DNA from: an uncultured Solirubrobacterales bacterium
GTDB lineage: Bacteria > Actinomycetota > Thermoleophilia > Solirubrobacterales > Solirubrobacteraceae
Length of the DNA stretch: 64,000 nucleotides
Assembly (NCBI GenBank): GCA_963743555.1
Contig: CAVUQG010000013.1
Coordinates: 42,125-106,124, forward strand
Direction of reading: 5' to 3'
Part shown: positions 15,642-26,434 of the stretch, one piece after another
How the letters are laid out: each line of letters opens with the position of its first letter
Numbering within the stretch: the first letter of the stretch is position 1
The notes under the pieces: model-generated
Told to the model about the DNA's origin: nothing
Databases searched by the model: none
The model's input: the letters and a program-made list of their open reading frames with translations, nothing else
Program-made: the position numbers and the translations under genes

Positions 15642-17730
15642 TTAGACGATGGGTCCGCCGCTCGGCCCGGCGAGTGGCGCAGCCGGAGCTATCTCAGCGG
15701 GCGCATCCTGAGCAGGCGAGTCCAGACCCGCCTCCTTGCCCGCCAGGACCTCGGCATAGTCGCGCTCAGACGGCGCCGTCACGATCACGCGACATGTCGC
15801 CTTTTTCACCACGTACTTGGTGACGTCGCCGACGAAGTTCTCAAGCGGGCCACCGCGTCCGCCCAGACGCGAGCCACCGCGAATCCGAGAGGGCTCCTCG
15901 GCACCGAGCACGATCGCCTCCACGCCACGTCTGCGTGCCTCCTCGAGGATCGCGTGACCGACACGGCGAGCCCTGATCGTGGCAGTGGCGACCTGGACGC
16001 CCGCGTACTCCTCCCCCACCGCCTTGGCTCGCGCCAGCGCTTGGCGGGCGTGCTTGACCTGAGCATCGGGCAGGCGCGCATCCAGCGGCAACGACATCGG
16101 CATCTCGAAAATCCACACCGCCTCGATCGTCGAAGCGTCGATCGCGGCTTCGTCGGTCGGCTTGCCGGCGACCAACAGCGCAGCCGTCTGGATGATGTCC
16201 TCGTCCAGGCGCGTGCCGCACAGCGGCACCAGGATCGAGCCGTACTCGCGCTCTGGCAAGTGTTCGGCACGCAATGCCTCGACGGAGACGGTCACACGCC
16301 GCAGCAGCGAAGTTTCATCGGCGCGCCGGTAGATGACGTACAGCAGGATCCCGGCGGCCATCCAGCCGAGGCCGACGTAGCGGGCCGTGTGATGGACGAC
16401 CATGGTGGCGATCCAGCCCAGCGAGCATACGACCGTGCCGATCACAGCCAGCAGCGGCAGCTCGCCTCCGCGCACGCGCATCGAGAACGGCGTGCGGTAC
16501 AGGCGCTTGCGGTCGGGCTCGCTGTAGCGCATCTTGACGACCGAGGCGTGGGCGATCGTGAACGCCAGCATCGCTCCGAACGCGTAGGTGCCGACAAGGA
16601 ACGTGAGGCTCTCGGGGACGACCAGGCCCGCGGCGATCACGCCGGCGAGCAGGATCAGCACATAGGGCGTCGAGCGCTGGGCGTGCAGGCGCCCTAGCCC
16701 GCTCGGGATCTGCCGGTTGACCGACAGCGAATAGGCCAGCCGAGAGAGGCCGAGCATCGCCGAGTCGGCGGCCGCGACCAGGGTGAGCGCCGGCGATCGC
16801 GCCGATCGCGTACGTCAGCGTCTGCGAGAGCCAGTGCGGATGCAGCTGTTCCATGATGTCGAGCACCGGGGCGTCGGAGAAGTGGTGTCCTGGCACCCCG
16901 CCCGCTACCAGTGGGAACGCCGGACCGCAACGATCGCCACGCCCACGTAGGCGACCACGACAGTCACGGTGCCGCTCCCTATCAGCCGCCGCAGGGCGCC
17001 CCGCCCGACCTTGACCTCGCCCGCCAGGCCGGACGCGGACTCCACACACGTGAAGGCGATCGTGGTGATCGTGAGCGCGAAGACCAGGCCTGTCCACGTC
17101 GGCGCGCTGCCGAGATGGACCTGGCTGATCAGCCGATGCGGGTTGAGGAACTCGACGAGCCCGATCACGATCATGATCAGCTCGAGCAGCAGACGCGCCG
17201 AGCACGATCACGCCGATGCGGTATTCGCGACGCCAGTGAAAGCCGCGCACGTTTGTGAACACGACAAACGCGATGATCGCCAGCGCCAGCAGCAGCGCCT
17301 CGGTGTAGTGGCCGAGCGGTGCCCAGAACACGCGCAGGTACTGGGTCGCGGCGAATGCGGTGACGGCGATCAGGATGACGTAGTCGAGCAGCATCGCCCA
17401 GCCCGCGATAAAGCTGACCAGCTCGTTGAAGGCGTAGCGCGCGAAGACGGTCGAGCCACCCGGCTCCTGGTGTAGCGATGCACCCTCCACGTAAGTCATC
17501 GCCGTCAGCCCGAACATGATCGCGGCGATCAGAAACACGACCGGGGTCAAGCCGGCCGCGTGGTCGGTCACAACCCCAGCGAGAAGAAGATCGCGCTTGC
17601 CAGCGAGGTGTAGACGATCGCGAACAGGATCGGCGAGCCAAGGCCGTGGCGCAGCGTCGTGCGCGCGCCCGCGCCCAGTTCGACGGCGCGCATGCGCGCC
17701 GCCCGGCGCTGTCCCCTCCGGCGTGCTCAT
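15642..17730 (-). CDS. APC-family permease with C-terminal universal-stress-protein-like domain (several frameshifts)
   Basis: TYVEGASLHQEPGGSTVFARYAFNE..GWAMLLDY, many TM helices, YGSILVPL...AIVLGA; broken over several frames. Confidence 0.85.
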
Positions 17731-17920
17731 GCTCGCGCGACCTCGTCTGACGTCGACATACATGCGGCCCGAGCCGGCAACGACGAACAGGAGCCCAAGC
17801 AGTACGCGGATGCTGAGAGCGCCTTCGCTGACGAGCGCCTCGACCATGAGCGCGATGCCGATCGCGACCATCGCCAGTGACAGCACGGTGGTGCCGGCGC
17901 GATGTAGCTGCCTGCCCATC
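17727..17920 (-). CDS. Small two-TM membrane protein (appears fused to the permease ORF, probably by an indel)
   Basis: Two hydrophobic helices TVLSLAMVAIGIALMV and VLLGLLFVVAGSGR; boundaries approximate. Confidence 0.55.
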
Positions 17921-18023
17921 ATCTCATCTCTCTCGCGAGCTTAGGACCATGGGCTTGGAGGTGCCGTCGCGGCGACGTGGGTGCACGGCTTAGCCTGGCA
18001 CCCGCGACAGCACTGCTTGGATC

Positions 18024-20104
18024 TCAGGTGATCAGCGGGATGATCAGGATGGCGACGATGTTCGCGACCTTGATCATCGGGTTGATCGCCGGGCCCGGCC
18101 GTGTCCTTGAACGGGTCGCCGACCGTGTCGCCCGTGATCGAGGCGGCGTGGGCCTCCGAGCCCTTGCCGCCGAAGGCGCCGTCCTCGATCAGCTTCTTCG
18201 CGTTGTCCCAGGCGCCACCGCCCGCGGTCATCATCACCGCGAAGAAGAAGCCCACGACGATCACGCCGATCAAGAGGCCACCGAGTGCCTTCTGGTCGAT
18301 CAGGCCCACGATCACCGGCAGCGCGATCGGCAGCATCGCCGGCAGGATCATCTCGCGCTGAGCGGTGCGCGTCACGATGTCAACGCACGTGGCGTAGTCG
18401 GGCTCTTCGGTGCCCTCCATGATTCCCGGGTGCTCGCGGAACTGGCGGCGAACCTCCTCGACCACGGCGCCGCCGGCGCGACCCACTGCCTCCATCGAGA
18501 GCGAGGCGAACAGGCACACCATCATGCCGCCGAGCAACAGGCCGATCAGCACTGGCGGTTCGTTGATGCCAAAGGTGATGAAGTTGCCGTTCGACTTGTC
18601 CGCCAGCTCCTGCTGGAAGCCGGCGAACAGAACGATCGCGGCGAGCACGGCCGAGCCGATCGCATAGCCCTTGGTGACCGCCTTCGTGGTGTTGCCGACC
18701 GCGTCCAGCGGATCGGTCACGTTACGTACCTCCTCGGGCAACTCGGCCATCTCGGCGATGCCGCCGGCGTTGTCGGTGATCGGGCCGAACGCATCGAGCG
18801 CCACGATCAGGCCGGTCAGCGAAAGCTGGCCCATGACCGCTACGCCGATGCCGTAGATGCCCGTGGTGCCGCCGCCTGCCAGCTTCCAGGCGCCGAGGAC
18901 GCCGAGAACCAGCACGATCGCCGGCAGGGCCGTTGCCTGCAGGCCCGAGCCGAAGCCCTGGATGATGTTGGTCGCGTGCCCGGTGACCGACGCCTTTGCC
19001 GTCTTCTTGACCGGCGAGAAGCGCGTCGAGGTGTAGTAGTCGGTGATGAAGAACAGCAGCGCGGTCACGCCGATGCCGATCAGGGCGCACAGGTAGAACT
19101 TGCCCCACGAGGGCGGGTTGACGACGTTGCCGACCTGGCTGAAGGTGAGGTCTTTCATCAGCCAGTAGGTGATCGGCGCGAATGCCGCGGCAGCGATGAT
19201 CCCCGAGACGACCAGGCCCTGGTAGAGCGCGCGCTCGACATTTCCGGCCTTCGAGCGCACGCGCGAACGTGCCGATGATCGAGGCGATGATCGCGACGCC
19301 GCCGAGGACCAGCGGGTACATGACCACGCGTGTGGCCTCGTGGAAGGTGAGCACGCCCAGCAGCATCACTGCCACTGCCGTCACCGCATAGGTCTCGAAC
19401 AGGTCGGCCGCCATGCCGGCGCAGTCGCCGACGTTGTCGCCGACGTTATCGGCGATCACGGCCGGGTTGCGCGGGTCGTCCTCGGGGATGCCGGCCTCGA
19501 TCTTGCCGACGATGTCGGCGCCGACGTCGGCGGCCTTCGTGAAGATGCCACCGCCGAGACGGGCGAACACGGAGATCAACGATCCGCCGAAGCCGAGCCC
19601 GATCAGCGCGTCCACGGCTGTCTTCTGGCTGTCGTTGAAGACCGCTGTGAGCAGGCCGTAATAGCCGGCTAGACCCATCAACGCTAGACCCGCCACGAGC
19701 ATGCCGGTGATGGCGCCGCCCTGGAAGGCGACGCGCAGCGCCGGCGAGACTCCACCACGAGCGGCCTCGGCGACGCGCGCGTTGGCGCGCACCGACACGT
19801 TCATGCCGATATAGCCGGCCGAGCCGGAGAGGATCCCGCCGATCGCGAAGCCGCAGGCTACGGCGATGTTCTGGATGAAGATCAGCGCCACGAATATCAC
19901 GACGCCCACGATCGCGATCGTCGTGTACTGGCGGTTCAGATAGGCGCGGGCGCCTTCTTGGACAGCCTGCGAGATGCTTTGCATCCGCTCGTTGCCCGGC
20001 GAGAGCGCGAGCAGAGCGCGGGTGGTCACGAGGCCGTACGCCACAGCACAGGCGGCGCACACAAGGGCAACGACGACCCCATGGTTCGTCAGAAAGCTAC
20101 TCAA
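18024..20104 (-). CDS. hppA: Membrane-bound ion-translocating pyrophosphatase, K+-independent signature (frameshifts near 19260 and 18090)
   Basis: [57 protein letters not shown]. Confidence 0.95.
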
Positions 20105-20284
20105 CAGAAATCCTCCGCGGTCTGGTTAGGTGCCGCGCGAGGAGATTCGCGCGCACGTTGATTGCACGGGCCACTCCCTAGGAGCGCACGACCCGGCGTA
20201 AAGGCGGGCGCAGTCTATCGTTTGCGCCAGCGGAAGGCGGTCAAGGTCGCGGCGGAGGACCGGTCGAGGTCATGCCCAAAGCAG

Positions 20285-20311
20285 AATGCCCCCCGCGCGC
20301 GCGGGGGCATT
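20285..20311. repeat. REP-like palindrome ATG-Cn-GCGCGCGC-Gn-CAT, copy 1
   Basis: AATGCCCCCCGCGCGCGCGGGGGCATT; related copies at 38058, 41668 and 47929. Confidence 0.8.
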
Positions 20312-20374
20312 CCTCGTTTCCAACTACATCAACACCAGCCCAGCCGGCTCAGAACCGCCTCGCCTGCACAGCGC

Positions 20375-20914
20375 TCAGCTGCCGGGCACCCACAGCCTGC
20401 CGCTCGACTGGGCCGGCCCGGGACCAGACTGCTGATCGTCCTCCGCCGGCTTCTGCGGCTCCTCCGCGGCCTTGGCCTGCGACGCCGACGTGGTCGTGGA
20501 TGTAGACGAGGACGAGGACGACATGCTTGTGGCACTCTGAGCCTCGCGCGCATATGCGACCTGCAACTGGGCGATCGCGTCGCGCAACGGGGCCAGCTCG
20601 CTTGGCATGCGCCGCTCCAGGATCGGCATCAGCGCGCTGGCGCCGTCGATCGCGTCGCGCACCTGCTCCAGGTCGCGTTCGCTCCCTGGCGTTGCGGATG
20701 GGTCACCCCCGGGCGCCAGCCCGAGACGGCGACCGGCGATGTTGATCAGCGAGACCGTCGTCTGGATGATCATCTCGGCGCTGGTGATGCGATTCAGCTC
20801 GGCTTCGTAAGCCGCGCGCAGCTCGTCCTCGCTCGGCTGTGTCTGGCTCGTTGGCCCGCCCGGTTCACCCTGCGCACCCGCCGCGCTCGGCTGGGGCTGT
20901 TGCTCGCTGCTCAC
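20375..20914 (-). CDS. Hypothetical protein
   Basis: 179-aa ORF overlapping the ybdK stop; helical core ERDLEQVRDAID, ends RLWVPGS. Confidence 0.75.
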   Translation of the reverse strand: MSSEQQPQPSAAGAQGEPGGPTSQTQPSEDELRAAYEAELNRITSAEMIIQTTVSLINIAGRRLGLAPGGDPSATPGSERDLEQVRDAIDGASALMPILERRMPSELAPLRDAIAQLQVAYAREAQSATSMSSSSSSTSTTTSASQAKAAEEPQKPAEDDQQSGPGPAQSSGRLWVPGS

Positions 20915-22062
20915 ACCGTCACCTCCTGGGAATAGGTCTGTCTAGTCTCGCGTACCGAGGCCGCGAATATCTCCTCGCGGCTTGCTCCCGCCTCGATCAT
21001 CGTTTTCTGTCGCTGTGCTCCATTGCGCTCGGGGAACGCCAGCTCAACACCCAGTTCAGCGCGCACCGGCTCGGTCCAGGCGGCCAAGCGCTCGACGATC
21101 TCTGTTGCCGGATACTCCTCAGCGCGCTCAAGGTCGACCATTCTCCCGTCAAGCCCAAAGCGGATCGCACGCCACATGTTCTCCTCGATCAGGCGTGGTG
21201 GCGGATCGGCGAACGGTACCCCCTCGTCAAGATCACGGGCCGCCTGGGCCACACATGCCACGATCAAGCTCGCCAACGCCTCGGACTCGGCCGCCGTGTT
21301 CTGTGCATCGCAGATCCGCACCTCCACCGTTCCGAACTCGAAATGTGGGCGTACCGACCACCATACCTGCGTGAACTCTACGATCGAGCTTGTCCGCAGC
21401 AGGAACTCGATGTACTGGCGATATGCCCTCCAGCCACCAAACGCGTCGGGGATACCGCAGCGCGGGAAGTTGCGCGTGAAGCTTTGCGTACGCGCCGAGT
21501 GCAAGCCCGAGTCTCGTCCGTCCAGATAGGGCGAATTGGCCGAGACAGCCAGCAGCAGCGGCAGCACCGGTCGCAAGCGGTCGCAGACGCGCACGGCGCG
21601 GTCGATGCCGTTGATGCCGACGTGCACGTGCAGGCTGAAGGTGTTGTTGCGCCAGGCGACGTACTTCAGGCCCTGCTCGACGCGCCGATAGTGCTCGGTG
21701 TCGATGATCGGCTGCTCGCGGTAGTCGGCCCACGGATGGGTTCCCGTCGCTCCCAATGCGGCGCTCTCTTCGCCGGCCAGGGCGAACAGCCGTCGGCGGC
21801 GCTCGCGCTGCAGGCCGAGCGCGTCGAGGAGATTCTCGCCGCGCCCGGAGACGATCTCGATCTCAGATGAGATCAGCTCACCCGTAATCGCACTCTCCAG
21901 CAGCGGGTCGCGCTCGCTCGCGCGGGCACGCAGGTGCTCGAAGCGCGGGACCAAGTCCAGCGTGGTCGGCTCGAGGATCGCGAACTCCTCCTCGATGCCG
22001 ACCGTGAGGTCGGTCGATTGCGCGAACGTGTCAACAGCTTTATCTAGGTCTTTACTGGTCAT
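20911..22062 (-). CDS. ybdK: YbdK-family carboxylate-amine ligase (glutamate-cysteine ligase family 2)
   Basis: TVGIEEEF, GATGTHPW, SLHVHVG, SANSPY, WWSVRP..FGTVEVRICD. Confidence 0.92.
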   Translation of the reverse strand: MTSKDLDKAVDTFAQSTDLTVGIEEEFAILEPTTLDLVPRFEHLRARASERDPLLESAITGELISSEIEIVSGRGENLLDALGLQRERRRRLFALAGEESAALGATGTHPWADYREQPIIDTEHYRRVEQGLKYVAWRNNTFSLHVHVGINGIDRAVRVCDRLRPVLPLLLAVSANSPYLDGRDSGLHSARTQSFTRNFPRCGIPDAFGGWRAYRQYIEFLLRTSSIVEFTQVWWSVRPHFEFGTVEVRICDAQNTAAESEALASLIVACVAQAARDLDEGVPFADPPPRLIEENMWRAIRFGLDGRMVDLERAEEYPATEIVERLAAWTEPVRAELGVELAFPERNGAQRQKTMIEAGASREEIFAASVRETRQTYSQEVTV

Positions 22063-22170
22063 TCAGGTGGGGCCTTGGAGCTTGCCGGTGTGGGAGGGGG
22101 AAAAATTAGTGTTAGGTGCAGACGCGGCGCAGGCAAGGTCAGGCGGGCTTGGCTCTTCCGACCACGGGAA

Positions 22171-22848
22171 TCAGGTCAAGTAGAAGTAGAGCGCGTAAAG
22201 CAAGTCGACCGCTGGACTTGAAGTGTGGACGGTCACCTCGGGCGGGACCGCCAAGAGCGACTCGGAATAGTTGAAGATGATCTTCACGCCGGCGTTGACC
22301 AGCTCGTCCGCCAAGCCCTGAGCAGCGCGCGTAGGGACCGCGAGCACGCCCACCACGATTTCCTCGTCTTCTACTACCTGGTGCAGCTCGCTGGTGTGGC
22401 GAACCTTCTGGCTGCCGAGCTTGCTGCCGACCTTCGTGTCGTCCACGTCGAAGATCGCCACCACCCTGAAGCCGTGGTCGGCGAAGATGTCTGAGGAGGC
22501 GATCGCCTTGCCGAGGTGGCCGGCGCCGAGCAGCGCGATGTTGTGCTGGCCCGCCGTGCGCAGGATCTTTCGAATTTGCGAGACGAGCGACTCGACGTTG
22601 TAGCCGACTCCCCGCTTGCCGAACTTGCCGAATCCCGACAGGTCGCGACGGATCTGGGTGGAGTTGACATGGGTGTAGTCGGAGAGCTCTTGCGAGGAGA
22701 TCGTCTCCTTGCCCATCTTCTTTGCCTGCGTCAGCACCTGCAGGTAGCGCGACAGTCGTGCTGCCACGCCGAGGGAGAGCCGCTCGCCGACGAGCGTATC
22801 GTCCTCGTGAATCGTGCTCACGGGAGTGCTCAACTCGTTGTAAGCCAT
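22171..22848 (-). CDS. rex: Redox-sensing transcriptional repressor Rex
   Basis: RLSRY..ISSQEL..QIRRDLS.FG.FGKRGVGY, GAGHLG. Confidence 0.95.
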   Translation of the reverse strand: MAYNELSTPVSTIHEDDTLVGERLSLGVAARLSRYLQVLTQAKKMGKETISSQELSDYTHVNSTQIRRDLSGFGKFGKRGVGYNVESLVSQIRKILRTAGQHNIALLGAGHLGKAIASSDIFADHGFRVVAIFDVDDTKVGSKLGSQKVRHTSELHQVVEDEEIVVGVLAVPTRAAQGLADELVNAGVKIIFNYSESLLAVPPEVTVHTSSPAVDLLYALYFYLT

Positions 22849-22860
22849 CGTTCTCTGACT

Positions 22861-23103
22861 CTAGAGGATGGTCCGCAGACGCTGCCGCAGCGCGTCTTCG
22901 TCGACGAAATATTCGAACAGCTCCTCATCCTCCAGCGTGGCGACCGGGATGCGCTCGAAATACGCTCGGTGCAGGGCCTCATCCGTGGTTATGTCAACCT
23001 CCGCCAGCTCGAATCCGAGCTCTGAGCGCAATTCGTGCAGGACGGCTTGCGCCTCCACGCATAGATGGCAGTCCGACTTGCCGTAGAGCGTCACGACCCT
23101 CAT
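22861..23103 (-). CDS. Glutaredoxin-like protein (DUF836 type)
   Basis: VTLYGKSDCHLC..EVDI..ERIPV. Confidence 0.85.
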   Translation of the reverse strand: MRVVTLYGKSDCHLCVEAQAVLHELRSELGFELAEVDITTDEALHRAYFERIPVATLEDEELFEYFVDEDALRQRLRTIL

Positions 23104-23230
23104 CAAGACCTCGATGGCCCCCGCGCGCACAGGGGGCATGACGCTTTTTTCAGCACACACGACTCGCTATGGCCCAATAGTCCCGACCCCGTGAGCCTCG
23201 ACCCCGCGTGCTTCCCCGATCGGTTTCCGC

Positions 23231-24268
23231 TCACCACTGGCGCTCTCCCGTCGCATAGGCGTCCAGGCCCAGATAATCGGGGTATGCCAGTGCCGGCGCG
23301 AAGCGTGCTGCGCTTGCGATCATCGCAGCGTTGTCGGTGCACAGCACAGGCGGCGGCACGTGCACTTCTGCCTCCAGTTCTCGCAAGCGTCGGCGCAGCT
23401 CGCCATTGGCCGCGACGCCGCCGCCGACGGCTAGCCGATCCAGGCCGGTCAGCTCCAGCGCTTCCTCAGTTCGCACGATCAAGTGCTCGACAATCGCGGC
23501 CTGATAGGAAGCCGCAAGATCAGCCTCGCGCTCGCGACGCTCGGCCTCGCTGAGCTCGCGCAGCTTGTAGAGCAGCGATGTCTTCAGGCCCGCGAAGGAG
23601 AAGTCGAGGCTGCGGCCGAAGGCGCGTGTAGCGCCTCTTCCTCCCCGTGAGCGCGAGCCGGAGGTCGGGAACTCGAACGCCTGCGGATCACCGTCGGCCG
23701 CCAAGCGCTGCAGCGCAGGGCCTCCCGGAAAGCCCAGGCCCAGCATCCTCGCGCCCTTGTCGAACGCCTCGCCCGCTGCGTCGTCGAGTGTGCGCCCTAG
23801 CGTCTGGAAGCCTTCGTGCTCCCGTACGTGAGCCAGCAACGTGTGGCCACCGCTCGCGATCAGGCAGAGGAAGGGCGGCTCGAACGCCTCTTCACCGGCC
23901 TCAGGCACGAGAAAATTGGCAGACACGTGGCCTTGCAGATGGTCGATCGCAGCGAACGGCAGGCGACGCGCCGCCGCCAGTGCCTTTGCGCTTGAGAAGC
24001 CGACAAGCAACGCACCGATCAGACCTGGGCCCTGCGTCGCGGCCACCAGCTCTACCTCGTCCAGTGTCGTAGCCGCCTCCACCAGAGCGCGCTCGACGAC
24101 GAGGTCGATCAGCTCCAGATGGTGTCTCGACGCGATCTCCGGCACTACACCGCCGAAGCGCTCGTGCGCAAGCTGTGAGGAGATCACGTTCGAGCGGATT
24201 GTCCCGTCCTCGGCGACGACGGCCGCACAAGTGTCGTCACAGCTGGTCTCGATCGCGAGGATCGTCAT
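23231..24268 (-). CDS. tsaD: tRNA N6-adenosine threonylcarbamoyltransferase TsaD
   Basis: LAIETSCDDT, GGVVPEIASR, HLQGH, SGGHT, DDAAGEAFDK, CTDNAAMI. Confidence 0.96.
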   Translation of the reverse strand: MTILAIETSCDDTCAAVVAEDGTIRSNVISSQLAHERFGGVVPEIASRHHLELIDLVVERALVEAATTLDEVELVAATQGPGLIGALLVGFSSAKALAAARRLPFAAIDHLQGHVSANFLVPEAGEEAFEPPFLCLIASGGHTLLAHVREHEGFQTLGRTLDDAAGEAFDKGARMLGLGFPGGPALQRLAADGDPQAFEFPTSGSRSRGGRGATRAFGRSLDFSFAGLKTSLLYKLRELSEAERREREADLAASYQAAIVEHLIVRTEEALELTGLDRLAVGGGVAANGELRRRLRELEAEVHVPPPVLCTDNAAMIASAARFAPALAYPDYLGLDAYATGERQW

Positions 24269-24365
24269 CTCCCGCAGCCGCCTGAAGTGGCGCAGCTCGC
24301 ACCTACAACACTCGCGCCAGCGACGTTCGTGCGCCCGCCGATGACGGCTCCCCTTGCCACCCGCG

Positions 24366-24890
24366 TCATACCGGCCCCGGGTTCGGCACGTCGTCGAACG
24401 AGTCCGCCAGCGTCGCCGGCGTGCGCCACATCACCAAGGCGTCCTCGCCGTTGTCCTGGTAGTAGCGCCGGCGCAAGCCCGCGGCGCGGAAGCCTTCGCG
24501 TTCGTAGAGATGGATCGCCACCTCGTTCGAGCGGCGAACCTCCAGCGTGAAGCGGGCGCTGTCGTCTTGCACTCGCTCGTACAGTTCTCCGAGCAGGGCC
24601 GAGGCGACGCCCTTATGTTGGTGCTCGACGTCTACCGCGACGTTCATTACGTGCCATACCGTGTCGTAGCGCGAGCAAATCAGATAGCCGACCAGCCGTT
24701 CCTCGTGCAGCGCGGCCAAGCAGACGCCTGAGGACTTTGACAGCTCGAGTACGAACATCGCCAAAGACCACGGCGTCGGGAAGGCACGACGCTCGATCGC
24801 AATGACACGCGGTAGGTCGGCATAGGTGAGACCGCGGATATCAACCGAGAATGAGCCCTCCGTCCTGGGGCCGGCCAACGAGGCGCACAT
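24366..24890 (-). CDS. rimI: Ribosomal protein S18 alanine N-acetyltransferase RimI
   Basis: IERRAFPTPWS, LEVRRSN..AIHLY, RRRYYQDNGEDALVM; position between tsaB and tsaD. Confidence 0.9.
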   Translation of the reverse strand: MCASLAGPRTEGSFSVDIRGLTYADLPRVIAIERRAFPTPWSLAMFVLELSKSSGVCLAALHEERLVGYLICSRYDTVWHVMNVAVDVEHQHKGVASALLGELYERVQDDSARFTLEVRRSNEVAIHLYEREGFRAAGLRRRYYQDNGEDALVMWRTPATLADSFDDVPNPGPV

Positions 24891-24993
24891 CAGGCCGGCG
24901 CCCTCTCGATAGCGGCGCGCGCCTGTACTCCCTCGGTGGTCGATAGGCATACCCGCATTCGGTCTAGCGCGACCTCAACCGACGACGCCGCCA

Positions 24994-25692
24994 TCAAGCT
25001 TGCACCCTCTCGAGCGCGATCTCCGCGTCCGGGCGGCGGCGGTAGTCGGGAAGGACCTGCTGCTCATTCGCAGATGCCTGCTCACCCAACTCACAGATCG
25101 CGTGTGCCTGAATCCGGTGACGCTCGCAACCATCCTCGGCAACGTGCACGCCTGCTCGCTCGAAAGCTTCGCGATAGAGGATGGCCCCATCACCCAGTGC
25201 TCGCCACTGCTCGGCTTGCGTGTCGATTGCTGCGCTCCCCAGCAGCTCAGCCACTCCCTCTGGGGGGACGGCCTGCGGGGCGATCAACTCTTGGCCGTCT
25301 GCATAGGCCGCGACGAAGACCTCGCCGCGACGCGCGTCGATCGCAGCCAGGACTCGCTGCGTCTCCTGGCCCGACCCCTGGGCAAGCGCGCGCAGGCTCG
25401 ATATACCAACCAGTTCCACGCCGAGCGACTGCGACAAGCCCCCCGCCGTGGCGATCCCGATGCGCAGGCCCGTGAAAGTCCCGGGGCCAACTCCAACCGC
25501 GATCCGCCGCAGCTCGGACCAGTCGATATGTGCCTCGACGAGCAGTTCGTTTGCCAGCGGCAGCAAGCGCGTGGCGTGACCCGGGCGCTGCCGCGCCTCT
25601 GGATCATCGCGCGCTTGCAGCGTACGCCCATCCGCGAGTCGCAAGCCGACGACCGTCGCCGGCGTGGCCGTGTCGAGCCCGAGCACGATCAC
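24994..25692 (-). CDS. tsaB: TsaB
   Basis: VLGLDTAT, GVGPGTFTGLRIG, IDARRGEV; GTGA overlap with tsaE. Confidence 0.93.
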   Translation of the reverse strand: MIVLGLDTATPATVVGLRLADGRTLQARDDPEARQRPGHATRLLPLANELLVEAHIDWSELRRIAVGVGPGTFTGLRIGIATAGGLSQSLGVELVGISSLRALAQGSGQETQRVLAAIDARRGEVFVAAYADGQELIAPQAVPPEGVAELLGSAAIDTQAEQWRALGDGAILYREAFERAGVHVAEDGCERHRIQAHAICELGEQASANEQQVLPDYRRRPDAEIALERVQA

Positions 25693-26126
25693 CGTGCGAC
25701 CTCGAGCTCTTGCACTTCGATACGCCTGCGATCGGCGCCCTTGTGGGTCAACGTCACCAGCAGACACGCGTCGCGCAGCTCTGGAGCCGCCTGCTCAGGC
25801 CACTCCACGAACGCGATCGCGTCGGGGGCGAGGTAGTCGTCCAGCAACTCCGGCTCCTCCTGGCCAAGAGCCGCCAGACGGTACAAGTCCAGATGCGAGA
25901 CCGTCACATCTGAGCCCTGATAGCGGTGGCCGATCGAGAAAGTGGGGCTTGTGACCGCATCGCCAACGCCCAGAGCTTTCGCCGCGCCGCGCACGAGCGT
26001 GGTCTTGCCCGCCCCCAACTCACCGCGCACGAGCACGATGTCGCCCGGCTTCAGGGCAGCAGCAAGCTCGGCGCCCAGCGCCTCGGTTTGGGCTGAATCC
26101 GAGGTCTCGACGATACGTGTCGCCAC
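25689..26126 (-). CDS. tsaE: TsaE ATPase
   Basis: GELGAGKTT, VTSPTF, HLDLYRL, VEWPE. Confidence 0.95.
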   Translation of the reverse strand: MATRIVETSDSAQTEALGAELAAALKPGDIVLVRGELGAGKTTLVRGAAKALGVGDAVTSPTFSIGHRYQGSDVTVSHLDLYRLAALGQEEPELLDDYLAPDAIAFVEWPEQAAPELRDACLLVTLTHKGADRRRIEVQELEVAR

Positions 26127-26201
26127 GAGAGAAGCCTAGTCCAACCAGTGCCGGTATCCGCGAACGCGGACCAGCTGACAACCCCACCGCCTAACGCCGA
26201 C

Positions 26202-26330
26202 AAAAAACGACCGGCTCGCGGGAGAGGAGAATCGCGAGCCGGCCGTGGTGCTTGGGAGGATGGATGTACTCGGGTATCGGCAGACCGTCCCGCCTGCTTG
26301 AACGGCCGCACGACTCCCTTCACCTCCATA
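26202..26330 (-). ncRNA. Candidate structured RNA/leader ending in an intrinsic terminator
   Basis: 13-bp stem CGGCCGGCTCGCG/CGCGAGCCGGTCG + T6 (26202..26245); internal GCAGGC/GTCTGC hairpin; 5' GGAGG-TG can pair with CA-TCCTCC. Confidence 0.45.
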
Positions 26331-26434
26331 TACGAACGCCGCGCCGATTTGGATGCCTGTGCCGCGCAAAGCCGCCAATTTGGGAGCTTGGTCTCGCTCA
26401 GAGGAACTCAAAGAAAGGTCCCCCAGAGGAAAGT

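Noticed and set aside
14739-16697. Long antisense ORFs (652 aa here; also 17977..19278, 38003..39313, 48032..49624)
   Set aside because: Shadow frames opposite clear genes, expected in high-GC DNA; no recognisable motifs.
22804-22823. Possible Rex operator in the rex 5' region (TCGTGAA-TCGTG-CTCACGG)
   Set aside because: Spacing is one base longer than TTGTGAA-N4-TTCACAA and the arms are degenerate.
26051-26411. Small ORFs of 91-92 aa between udg and tsaE
   Set aside because: They run through a strong terminator and show no family motifs; a non-coding interpretation is preferred.
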